IMG/VR virus record: IMGVR_UViG_3300032524_000070
Origin: a virus
DNA: 64,000 nucleotides
Reading direction: 5' to 3' (one strand)
The position numbers were made by a program, and so were the translations under genes. Positions 28,145 to 38,200 of this stretch are shown here, piece by piece. Under the pieces are notes generated by a model. That model was not told the DNA's origin. It worked only from the letters and a program-made list of their open reading frames with translations, and searched no databases. The stretch's first letter is position 1. Each line of letters starts with the position of its first letter.

Positions 28145-29542
28145 ATGACGACCAACCAGTGGGAGAGTGCCGGGCCAGTCCCGTTGCCCCCCAAGAACAC
28201 TCAGGTCGTCAGCCCGTTCATCATCGGGATGCTCGACTTGCGGTGGGAGGACCCTGCGGTCCTCGCCCGCAATGCCGGGTTCACCCTCGTCGGTGTGAAC
28301 ATCTACCGCTCAGAGGCGTCTGACAGAGGCCCCTTCCGTCGCATCAACGAGTTCCCCATCGGGGGCACGTTCTACCGCGACCGCACCGACTACGCCCGTA
28401 TCGAGCGGGAGCCGGTGCGGTGGAACTCGGACTGGATGTACAAGGGCGATGCCCCCAACGACCGGCGGTGGGTCTTCTGCACTCGCAACGTCATCTCCAA
28501 GCGGTTCAATTCAGCCCCCAACCACGACGCCGACGACGCTGACTCACCGACCGACGTGCAGCTCTTCATCAACGGTGAAGAGGTCCCCGTAGCCGATGTG
28601 TTCGGCTCCAGCCGACAGGTCACGCTCGCCAACGCCCCCGGCTTCGACGTGGCCACGGATACCATCGAGGACCCGGTGATCCCCACGGCCACTGACACGG
28701 TGGAGATCAGCTACTACACGCCGAAGAACCACGTGAAGTCCGGGCTGGACATCAACATCTGGTACCGCTTCACGTCGGTCGCCATCGACGCATCCACCCC
28801 CAGCGGCTACGTCGAGACCCCTCTGGACTGGTGCGAGCCCCGCAGCGTGGTCGAGGTCGAGTCCCTCGACTGGATCTGGCGGGAAGCCATGCGGCGGAAC
28901 GCCTGGATTCTTCAGCAGGGTGGCGAGCGGGTGAAGATCTTCATTCGCAAGACCTCTGGCGTTCCCTGTGACTGCCAGATCGAGGACAGGACCAGGGAGT
29001 ACGCCAAGCAGCCCTCGCAGCGATGCCTGGAGTGCTTCGGCTCCGGGTTCCTCGGCGGCTACGAAGGTCCCTACGAGGGCATCATCGTCCCCGACGACGC
29101 CGAACGACGGATCTCGCAGGCGGTCGGTGGTCGTCGCAAGGAGCACACCTACGAGGTCTGGACAGGCCCCAGCCCGCTGTTGACGCAGCGGGACTTCATG
29201 GTCAAGCAGACCAACGAGCGGTACAGCATCGGGCCGGTACGGCGGCCCAGCCATCGGGGCAACCTGATGCAGCAGCACTTCACCATCGCCTACTTCGACC
29301 AGGGCGACATCCGCTACAAGGTGCCCATCTACGGCACGACCGAGCTGGCCTGGCCGCAGACCAGAGGCCAGCAGACGCCTCGCGTCTTCTCTCCCCGACC
29401 CGTGGACCAGGCCCTTGAGGGTCTGCCGCAGTGGCCGGAAGGCCCGGACGGCGACAATCCGCAGATGACTGAGAAGTCGAACATCCCGGATGCACGGGAG
29501 CGGAGAGGCCGTTCCCGCGTCTGGGAGAACACCGAATACTGA
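28145..29542 (+). CDS. Putative head-tail adaptor/neck protein with zinc finger
   Basis: GGERVKIF...CDC...CLECFGSGFLGGY; morphogenesis context. Confidence 0.55.
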   Translation: MTTNQWESAGPVPLPPKNTQVVSPFIIGMLDLRWEDPAVLARNAGFTLVGVNIYRSEASDRGPFRRINEFPIGGTFYRDRTDYARIEREPVRWNSDWMYKGDAPNDRRWVFCTRNVISKRFNSAPNHDADDADSPTDVQLFINGEEVPVADVFGSSRQVTLANAPGFDVATDTIEDPVIPTATDTVEISYYTPKNHVKSGLDINIWYRFTSVAIDASTPSGYVETPLDWCEPRSVVEVESLDWIWREAMRRNAWILQQGGERVKIFIRKTSGVPCDCQIEDRTREYAKQPSQRCLECFGSGFLGGYEGPYEGIIVPDDAERRISQAVGGRRKEHTYEVWTGPSPLLTQRDFMVKQTNERYSIGPVRRPSHRGNLMQQHFTIAYFDQGDIRYKVPIYGTTELAWPQTRGQQTPRVFSPRPVDQALEGLPQWPEGPDGDNPQMTEKSNIPDARERRGRSRVWENTEY

Positions 29543-30165
29543 TGGCCAAAGCCGGGCGAGTGAAGGGCATCTACGCAGGCCCGGTCGCCAAGGTGCTGGA
29601 CATCCCAGTCACCAAGGATCTGCTGAATGCACTCGGCAAGTGCATGGTCGATGCCTACGTCAAGGAGGCCAAGAAGGACTTCGCCAAGCGCGGATGGTCC
29701 GGCGAGGCCCGTGACGGTTCGGCCCCCATCTGGGAGTCGTTCTCGTACCGCATCAGGGGCGACCGGACCATCGAGGTGCTCAGCACCTTCCCCGACATCG
29801 AGATCCTGACCACCCAGGACATCCCCTCGCGGCGGATGACCTGGCTGACGCAGGAGGGCAAGAACATGAAGCCCTCATCGTACCCGCTCACCGACCGGGA
29901 GAAGACGCTGGGGATGAAGGTGGGTGGCCGTGTCTCGCAGAACAAGCGGATGCCCCTCGTGGTGCCCATGAAGGACAAGAGCGGCACGGTCGTCTTCCGC
30001 ACAGCCCCCTTGAAGATGCAGGACGCCTGGGTCCATCCGGGCATCGCCCGGTTCACGTTCATGGAGCGTGCGGTACGCACCGGCAAGGCCGGGTGTGTGA
30101 AGATTCTTGCCGGTGAAGTCATGAAGGCGCTGGGGCTGGAACTGACGAAGCGGATGCAGGGATGA
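29542..30165 (+). CDS. Putative neck/tail-completion protein
   Basis: WVHPGI..FMERAV resembles HK97 gp10-like C-termini. Confidence 0.45.
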   Translation: MAKAGRVKGIYAGPVAKVLDIPVTKDLLNALGKCMVDAYVKEAKKDFAKRGWSGEARDGSAPIWESFSYRIRGDRTIEVLSTFPDIEILTTQDIPSRRMTWLTQEGKNMKPSSYPLTDREKTLGMKVGGRVSQNKRMPLVVPMKDKSGTVVFRTAPLKMQDAWVHPGIARFTFMERAVRTGKAGCVKILAGEVMKALGLELTKRMQG

Positions 30166-30737
30166 TTGAAGCGGAGGTCACCTGTCAGTGCGTTCAGATC
30201 GCCCTGCCCGACCTGCGGTTGTCCATGGTGAACGGGCAGGTCGTCTACTTGGATGAAGCCGATGCCAAGGCGTCGGTGGACCTTCAACGGGCGTGGAGGG
30301 CAAAGGCCGTCATCGTCAAGTACATCCAGCGATTCAGAGAGCGGAGAGCCGCTCGGCTGGCCCTTCCCGCAGCCCCGGCTGCCTCGATGGTGGGATTCCT
30401 GCCGGAGATGGGCCAACCGGAGCAGACCGTGGTGGTCGATGTCGATGCGATTGCGGCACGGGTCGCAGAGCTGCTGGAGCCCCGCCTTGTCGCCAGCATC
30501 ACGGCCTCTGTGGTGGCCGCTCTGCGCTCCGAAGGCCCCGTGGTGACCGTTGGTGCGCCTGTAGCGTCCGCCCCTCCACAGACGGCCTGGGCGGATGCTC
30601 CGGTGTTCATCCCGTCGAGGATCGGCAACGAGCTGGAGGCTAACCTTGAACTCCAGGCGACCACGGCCACTGAGGGGGTAGTGTCTGACGCGGCTGCTGC
30701 CTTGCGGGCGGCCCGGAAGAAGCAGGAGCCGACATGA
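30162..30737 (+). CDS. Hypothetical protein
   Basis: ATGA overlaps on both sides. Confidence 0.6.
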   Translation: MIEAEVTCQCVQIALPDLRLSMVNGQVVYLDEADAKASVDLQRAWRAKAVIVKYIQRFRERRAARLALPAAPAASMVGFLPEMGQPEQTVVVDVDAIAARVAELLEPRLVASITASVVAALRSEGPVVTVGAPVASAPPQTAWADAPVFIPSRIGNELEANLELQATTATEGVVSDAAAALRAARKKQEPT

Positions 30738-31738
30738 GCAAGAAAAAGACCCTCGGGGTCGGGCTGGACATCGGGACGATGAACATCGTCTCCGCTCGCA
30801 GCGTCGGTGGCAGCATCGAGACGAAGCGGATGCGGGACGCCTTCATGTCCATGCCCCCGAACAAGACCCGGATGCTCAAGCTCTCGCAGACCAGCTTCGT
30901 CGAGCGTGAACATGACGTGCTCCTCCTGGGCGACGCAGCGATGGAGATGGCCAACGTATTCGGCGGCAACCCCCGCCGTCCCCTGGCCGGTGGGCTCATC
31001 GCTGCCGGGGAGTCCGATGCCCTGAGCGTGTTGAAGCTCCTGATCAAGAACGTGCTCGGGGAGCCGCAGATCGAGAACGAGGTCTGCTACTTCAGCGTCC
31101 CGGCCCCACCCCTCGACCAGCCCGGCAAGGACATCATCTACCACCGTGGGGTCTTCGAGCGCATCGTCGAGGAGTGCGGGTTCGACCCCTTCCCCGCCAA
31201 CGAGGCGATGGCCATCATCTTCTCCGAGTGCGCTGCCGAGGGCTTCAGCGGTCTGTCCTTCAGCTTCGGCTCCGGGATGACCAACGTCGCGCTCGCGCTG
31301 AACACGACCGAGGTGCTGTCCTTCTCCGTCCAGCGAGGCGGTGACTGGATCGATGAGCACGCAGCTCAGGCGGTGGGGATGACCCAGGCTCAGATGTGCG
31401 CCCTCAAGGAGGGTGGCATCGACCTGATGACCCACGCGACGCAGCCGGAGGAGGCGGTCGCCCTGTACTACAAGGCGATGATCGACTTCGCCCTGGACCA
31501 GGTGGCGGCCCACTTCGTCGCGCAGTCCGGCCAGTTCACCTTCCCCAAGCCCATCCCCATCATCGTGTCCGGTGGGACGAGCATGGCGGGCGGGTTCCTC
31601 GATTTCTTCAACAACGTCTGGCGCAAGAAGAAGCGGAAGTTCCCCATCGAGGTCAGCGAGATCCGCTCGGCCAAGGACCCGCTCAACGCGGTGGCGTTCG
31701 GGATGCTCATCCAGGCGATGCAGGAGTACGAGGAGTGA
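30734..31738 (+). CDS. Actin-fold ATPase (MreB/MamK/ParM-like)
   Basis: Phosphate-1 GLDIGT, NEAMA, phosphate-2 SFGSGMTN, GGDWID, adenosine VSGGTS. Confidence 0.85.
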   Translation: MSKKKTLGVGLDIGTMNIVSARSVGGSIETKRMRDAFMSMPPNKTRMLKLSQTSFVEREHDVLLLGDAAMEMANVFGGNPRRPLAGGLIAAGESDALSVLKLLIKNVLGEPQIENEVCYFSVPAPPLDQPGKDIIYHRGVFERIVEECGFDPFPANEAMAIIFSECAAEGFSGLSFSFGSGMTNVALALNTTEVLSFSVQRGGDWIDEHAAQAVGMTQAQMCALKEGGIDLMTHATQPEEAVALYYKAMIDFALDQVAAHFVAQSGQFTFPKPIPIIVSGGTSMAGGFLDFFNNVWRKKKRKFPIEVSEIRSAKDPLNAVAFGMLIQAMQEYEE

Positions 31739-32229
31739 CCGATTTCACCCAGGTCCACCACCTGCTCTGCGACCCGGAGCGGCCCGTGCCGAAGGACGGG
31801 GTGGACTACAGGTTCACCTGTGCATCGAAGTGCGACAACGAACTGACGTGGGCCTGTACGGGCTCAGAACACCGTGCCGGGCTGGAGATCATCTGCACCT
31901 GCCCGTGCCACCAGGAGATTCCATCCGTGACCACCATCAAGAGCTTCGACGCAGCGTATGTGACCCCGGACGGGAAGATGAACGTGGAGGGGTTGGTGCT
32001 CAACCCCTCCACGGCGACGACGAAGGCCCGTGTCCGTGTCACCGTCGAGATCCTCGACTGCCCGGAGGTCGGTGACACCAGCTACTCGTTCACCCTCGAC
32101 GAGGCGGTCATCTCGAACAGCCGCGAGGTGAAGCAGGTCGAGCTGCCGGACGGTGGGTACGAGCTGGTGTCCAGCCCGGATGTCACCTGGTCGATCACGG
32201 GCACGGAGCTGGACGTTCCGAGCCACTGA
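31735..32229 (+). CDS. Hypothetical protein
   Basis: GTGA overlap; Cys-rich N-terminus; alternative GTG at 31927. Confidence 0.5.
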   Translation: MTDFTQVHHLLCDPERPVPKDGVDYRFTCASKCDNELTWACTGSEHRAGLEIICTCPCHQEIPSVTTIKSFDAAYVTPDGKMNVEGLVLNPSTATTKARVRVTVEILDCPEVGDTSYSFTLDEAVISNSREVKQVELPDGGYELVSSPDVTWSITGTELDVPSH

Positions 32230-32254
32230 TCCGCCTATCAGCGGCGGGAGGTAG

Positions 32255-33133
32255 ATGTACTTCCAGCTAACCGAGTTCCGGCCGGTAGTTCTCCTATCAC
32301 CTTCGTCAGTTGAAGGTACGGAGACCCACATGCCATCTCGCAAGCACCACCTCATCGACAAGAGCCTCCTCACCAGACTCTATTTTGATGAGGAACGGTC
32401 ACTTCGAGCCATCGTGGTGGCAACTGGGACGAACTACCGCCTGGTCAGGGACTCTTTCAAAGCACATGGGTTGTCCTGGCGGTCGAAGTCGGAGGCTCGT
32501 GCTGGTCGGCCTTGGGACGATGTCACCAGGGCCAAAATCGCTTCCACAAGGTCAGGACAGAAAGATGCTCCTGAGGTAGCCGCCCGAAAGCGGAGGCAAC
32601 TGTCCACTGCGGGCGGGCGCGGGTGGAACAAGGGGTTGACAGCGGCAACGGACGAGAGGGTCGCACGGCAGCGAGATGCTTCCGTTGTGGTTATGCATAC
32701 TCCAGAGTTCCGTGCTCGTGCATCGCAAGCTAAGGCGGCACAAATCGAAGCCGGAGGCTACTGGGACCGGGGCTACGTCGAGACCCAGAAGTCCGGGCGC
32801 TTGTACTTCATGTCCTCGTGGGAGAGGAGGCGTTGGCTTGAGCTGGATGCTGATCCCGATGTCGTGCAGTTCACTCGTCATCCGTGCCGTATCCCCTACC
32901 AGTGGGAGGGTAACCAGCATTTGTATCTGCCAGACGTGCTGATTGGGTACACCGATGGCAGCAAGGTGTTGGAGGAGATCAAGCCCCGAGCACTGCTAGA
33001 TCGTCCGCACAAGGGGCAGAGTCGTCTGCTCGCCAAGGTGCAAGCTGGAGTTGACCATGCAGCCTCTCAAGGCTGGGGTTGGCGGATCTTCTCGTATGAC
33101 GGAGAAGGGGGTGCGTCATTTATTTCCAGTTGA
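32255..33133 (+). mobile_element. TnsA-like PD-(D/E)XK homing endonuclease fused to the first 7 codons of the downstream gene
   Basis: GWNKGLT repeat; SSWERR...IPY...YLPDVLI...EEIKP; internal ATG 32330; lower-GC codons. Confidence 0.78.
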
Positions 33134-34311
33134 CCGAGGCGTTGAAGAGACGGTTCATCGAGGAGCTGCGACGCTACTGGTCGCAGCACCCGAAGTACCG
33201 TGACGACCTCGTGCAGAACATCCAGGGGAAGTTCAGCTTCAAGGAGAGGCCCCAGCACGGGATCATCATCAAGACCGGCTCGGGCAACCGGGTAGACCTC
33301 TCAGCCGACAACTACATCGGCGTGATCGAGTCCTACTGCCTGATGACCCGGGTGAAGAACAAGCCCGGCCTCTCGGTCGAGTGGGTCCGCGAGGACTCCG
33401 TCGCCATCCAGAACAACAACGGCTACTTCCCCTCGCCTCCCGGCCTCTACTACCTCGACGTGCAGGATGAGGACGGGAAGCTCGTCTTCTACGTGGACCC
33501 GCTCGTCGAGGTCTTCCACGAGCCCGTGAGCCTCATCACCCCGACGAGTGGCCAGCTCCAGCAGACCCCGGTGATCGGCAGCCTCCGGCTCTTCGAGCAG
33601 CCGTCCCGCTTCCAGCTCGTAGAGGGCGTGAACTACGACCTCGACGCCACAGGGGGCATCACCCTGACCAGCCCGTTGACGGGTGGCCGGTGGTTGCAGG
33701 CGGACTACCGCTACCCCACAGCATCAACGGGGCCGTACACCATCCACGAGATGCACGCGAACAACGTGGCCGTCCCCGGAGTGGTCATCGCCTTCGGTCG
33801 GCGAGCACAGGCGGGCGACCAGATTGCCATCATGGTCCACGACATCCGGCGGCCCGCCTACATGGAGTACGGCGGGAAGTGGGAGCTGACCCTCGACTGC
33901 GACGTGATGAGCCGGGATGTCCACGCCCAGCAGGAGATCGTGGACCAGACGGTCATCTACCTCTGGGGCGTGCTCCGGTCGCACCTCTCGCACAAGGGCA
34001 TCGAAATCACGGATGTCTCGATGGGCGGTGAGTCAGAGGAGGTCTACGACGAGAACGGTGACGACTACTTCTACAACGCCAACTTCACCATCACCTGCCA
34101 GACCGACTGGTCCATCCATGTCCCCATCGACGGCTGGATGCGGCAGGCAGCTCCCCTGACTCGCGCTCAGGCTGCCCAGATTGCTGCCCTCTCCGACGAT
34201 GAACTTCGGGGGGAGGACGGTAACATCGTGGGTCTGGAGGCCCTTGGCGTCGAAGCGATCCAGGACCCCTTCTGGTCCGGCCGCCGAGGAACCTTCGAGA
34301 TGGTGAAGTAG
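33118..34311 (+). CDS. Putative tail terminator/completion protein (start ATT 33118 or TTG 33130)
   Basis: Structural-operon context upstream of sheath; YFQLTE duplicated at 32258 and 33121. Confidence 0.55.
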   Translation: MYFQLTEALKRRFIEELRRYWSQHPKYRDDLVQNIQGKFSFKERPQHGIIIKTGSGNRVDLSADNYIGVIESYCLMTRVKNKPGLSVEWVREDSVAIQNNNGYFPSPPGLYYLDVQDEDGKLVFYVDPLVEVFHEPVSLITPTSGQLQQTPVIGSLRLFEQPSRFQLVEGVNYDLDATGGITLTSPLTGGRWLQADYRYPTASTGPYTIHEMHANNVAVPGVVIAFGRRAQAGDQIAIMVHDIRRPAYMEYGGKWELTLDCDVMSRDVHAQQEIVDQTVIYLWGVLRSHLSHKGIEITDVSMGGESEEVYDENGDDYFYNANFTITCQTDWSIHVPIDGWMRQAAPLTRAQAAQIAALSDDELRGEDGNIVGLEALGVEAIQDPFWSGRRGTFEMVK

Positions 34312-34319
34312 GAGCGAGC

Positions 34320-34559
34320 ATGGAAGAGGTCCGCCACAAGACGGCGAAGGCGTGGGTCGAGGCCATCGACAAGAGTCACGAGCTGGAGCCCGGCGACGAC
34401 GCCCGGCGGCGATGCCTCGGGTTCTTCGACCACACGGACGAGAAGCACCACATCCTGAGCATCACCCTGGCGAAAGCCACCGGCAAGGCGCTGGGTGATC
34501 AGAGGGAACTCCTGAAGACCCCGGAGGGCCGCGCGAAGCTCATCGAGGGCCGTGCCTGA
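34320..34559 (+). CDS. Hypothetical protein
   Basis: AGGAG RBS. Confidence 0.6.
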   Translation: MEEVRHKTAKAWVEAIDKSHELEPGDDARRRCLGFFDHTDEKHHILSITLAKATGKALGDQRELLKTPEGRAKLIEGRA

Positions 34560-34987
34560 TGCCCCTCTACACCTTCCAGTGCGAGTGCGGCGTCCAGTTC
34601 GATGCCCGTGCAGCCATCGCCGACCGGGAGCAGACGAAGCCCTGCCCCGCCTGCCCGGAGCAGGGCAGGCCCATCCCCCCGTCCGGTGTTCACGGTCACT
34701 TCAAGAAGGAGGTGACCGGCCCCGTGCCGCAGAACACGGGCATCCACGACCTCGACACGAAGATCGACCGCGTGATCGGGCAGTCCAGCCACCAGGGCTG
34801 GGAGGTGGCCGAGGGGCGGAAGCGGATGAAGGAGGAAGTCATGCACCGTGAAGGCGTCACGGGCCACGACCTCTCCAAGAATCTCGACGGCTCCTACCGG
34901 GTGCTCAAGCCCGAAGAACGGGGTCTGCATGAACGCAGTCAGGCGATCCACCAGGCTGCGGGCGAGCGCAACAAGCCCAAGGGGTAG
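34559..34987 (+). CDS. FmdB-like zinc-ribbon protein
   Basis: MPLYTFQCECG...CPAC. Confidence 0.75.
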   Translation: MPLYTFQCECGVQFDARAAIADREQTKPCPACPEQGRPIPPSGVHGHFKKEVTGPVPQNTGIHDLDTKIDRVIGQSSHQGWEVAEGRKRMKEEVMHREGVTGHDLSKNLDGSYRVLKPEERGLHERSQAIHQAAGERNKPKG

Positions 34988-35049
34988 TCGGTAGTTTGAC
35001 TATCCCGCACGCTTATCAGCGAAGGGCAAGTTCGTAGAACGCGCCTCGG

Positions 35050-35185
35050 CACCTCCTCTCCGCACCGGAGATGGCTAGACGGATCAACGACGGAATGAGC
35101 CACAGCTTGTGCTTCCCCTGATGGGGACCTGCCTCCCGCGCTTCGGCGGGGATGGACACGATGAAGCCACACGGACTGACGCTCG
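35050..35185 (+). ncRNA. Structured leader with two hairpin/ACGGA modules upstream of sheath
   Basis: Hairpins 35055..35074 and 35132..35155 (cUUCGg loop); repeated ACGGA/ATGGA. Confidence 0.55.
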
Positions 35186-35217
35186 AACCCTGTTGACCCT
35201 TCTCGTGAGGTGCCCTG

Positions 35218-38200
35218 ATGGCTTTCCCCGGTCTGAACTACGCCCCGCCCAACGTCTACACCCGTACCGAGTACGAGAACCCTCTCCAGGGGGCCATCGA
35301 GTCTTTGAAGATCCCGATCTTCATCGGTGAGGGCAACGAGTACCTGTCCCAGGTGGACCTGGAGTGCGTGCGCGGCTCGTCCGCGACCATCGACCAGCGC
35401 ATCGTCGGCGAAGACATGACGGGCCGTGCGGTCGTCAGCGTCTCTGCCACGGGCGTCGTGACGCGGGGTGCCTTCAACGGCGTGCTCAACCGGGTGCAGG
35501 TCCAGAACCTCCCCGTCGTGGACGGCTCCGGTCGGGGCACGACCAGCAACAGCCGCAGCGACGTGACGGTGACCCTGAACGGGCTCCCGGTGGTCGTGAC
35601 GGCCCTGGACGGTGCGGCAGGCATCCTGACCCTCGCGCAGTCCCCGGCTCTGGGCGACCTCCTGCGGGTGAGCTACTACTTCAACCGTGAGGACACGCTC
35701 GTCACGGACGACCTCTCGGAGCAGGTGACCACCCTGGCGGCCCTCATCGAGGCGTCCGTGGGCATCAAGGACGTGAACGCCCCGACGCCGGGCACCACGA
35801 CCATCGACCTGCACGCTGACGTGCTCGGGCCGAGTGGTCAGGTCATCGTCCCGGCGAACAACGTGCTGAACCTGGTCGTGGACGGAACGACGGTCGCGCT
35901 GACGCTGACCCCGAAGACCGACTACACGATGCAGCAGATCTCCAACGTGATCTCGGCTGCGGGCTTCGGGACGTTGACGGGTGCCACCTTCGTCAACAAC
36001 CACGGCGAGAGCACTCTCTCGCTGAACGCCGACCACGACCTGACGGTCCTGGAGGGGACGGCGAACGCCCTGCTGGGGCTGGTCACGGGCTCCGTGAGCA
36101 TCCGCCGGAAGACCTTCTACACGTTCAACGGCCCCATCGTGGACGGCACCAACGGCGGCGTTACGACGACCGACCCGAGCCACGTCGTCGTCAAGGTGGA
36201 CGGCGTGCAGGTCATCCCGACCACCGTGGACGGGGCGACCCGGGCCATCACCCTCGCGCAGGCTCCCGAGGCCGGTTCGACGGTGACGGCGACCTACTGG
36301 TTCAACACCTGGCAGGACACCTACGACCACCTGGCCCACGTGAACGTCACGAGCGTCGAGCGGGTCGGTGATGTCCCCGGCGGCAGCCAGTACACGCAGG
36401 AAGCGGACTTCATCCTCCAGAACGACCGGGTGATGTGGGGCACGGCAGCCTCGGTCGTCAGCGGCATCACGACCACGGGGTCGGAGCTGCTCGACGACAC
36501 GCAGGTCACCCCGACGCTGGTGGACAACCGGACCTTCATGTCCCTCTGCACGCCGGTCACGTCCGCACAGGGCACGGTCAGCACGAGCGACTTCCAGCTC
36601 CCCCTGAGCCCGACGCTGGGCAACGGGCGTTCGACGAGCCTCGGTCAGAGCCTCTTCCAGAGCATCAGCAACAACCGCATCGGCGTCCCGGTGAACCGGC
36701 CCGACGTGGTGGATGTCTACTGGGGCTTCTCGGTGGAAGACGCGCTGGTGCGCGGGCAGGTCGAGGCCATCAAGGTCGAGGGCAGTGTCATCACCCTGCC
36801 GGTGAACGTCCCGGTCGGGGCCAGCGTCTTCGCCAGCTTCTATCACAACATGATCGTGGACATGGAGTACACGCTGGCCGTGGTCCTGCCCGGCATCAGC
36901 GGCGTGGGCACCTACACCATCGCCGACTCCGCAGGCTCCAGCGTCTTCACGCCGACCTTCGACAACAGCACGAAGTCGGCGGGCCTGACGGGCATCGAGA
37001 TCGTCTTCCCGAGCGGCTCCGAGTTGACCCCGGACCTCCACTTCGAGGGAGGTGCCGGGACCGGCTTCACCGGCCCCATCGAAGAGGTCGTCACGGTCAC
37101 CCTCGCGGCGACCCAGGACACCCCGGCGAAGTTCACGGTCTCCGGCCCCTCGCCCTACGTCTTCGTCCCCGGTGAGTCCGACCTCATCGCCATGACGATC
37201 AACGGGGACCTGGTCCTCCCGGTCGCGGGCACCGACATGGACGTGCTCTCCGGCGGTGGTCTGGGCGTCATGGCCCACTTCGTCGGCAACGAGGTGGTCT
37301 ACCCGGACGGCATCGACTTCGACGCGGCTGACTTCGTGAACGGCAACGAGCAGGTCATCCTCACCCTCGACGCGGTGGAGGTCACGGCGACCGTCGAGGC
37401 CGCTGCGAACGTGACCGTGGACGGTTGGGTCGCGGCCATCAACGAGGCGGCTGACGGCCACCAGGGCGTCGCAGGCGCGGGTGCCCCGGCTACCACGACC
37501 TTCGAGCTGGCAGCGGGCAGCCGTTCCGCCGTGGACAACTACTACGCCGGGTGGCGGGTGGTCGTCGGCAGCGGTGCCTTCGCCATCACGGCGGGTTCCA
37601 TCGGTACGGTCGCCAGCTACGTCGGAGCCACGGGCATCATCACCCTGACGGCGGCCATCGCCGGGGCCGCCATCTTCACGGTGGGCGATCCCTACCGCAT
37701 CTACAACCCCGACACGATGGCCGAGGTCAAGGGAGCCACGCGCTTCAACGGTCCCATCGACCTGTCGGGTGGTGCGGGCTTCGACACCCTGACCCTGCGG
37801 TTCAACTGTCTCGCCACGGGGGGTGCGGTGAACATCAGTGCCGGTGTGGCGGCCCTGCACGCATCGGTCACCGCTCTGGCGACGGCCCTCAACACGGCCT
37901 TCCGTGGGGCCTCCGGCAGCGACATCCTGGTCACCCCGGCGGTCGGCTCCCCCATCGCCCTCGCCATCGTCGGTGATGTCCTCCTCTCGGGTCTGGACTT
38001 CATCTTCACGGCGGACGGCGAGGGTCGCCTGACGGTGGTGGTTCAGCTCCCGGGCCTCTCGGCGGCGGGCTTCCTGGAGTTCGTGGCACAGGGCGCAGCG
38101 GTCGATGACCTGGGAATCCTCGCGGGCTTCGACGTGGGCACGGCTGGCAGCGGCCAGATGAAGCTGAACATCGGCGAGGTGGCGAAGAGCTACCGGCTGA

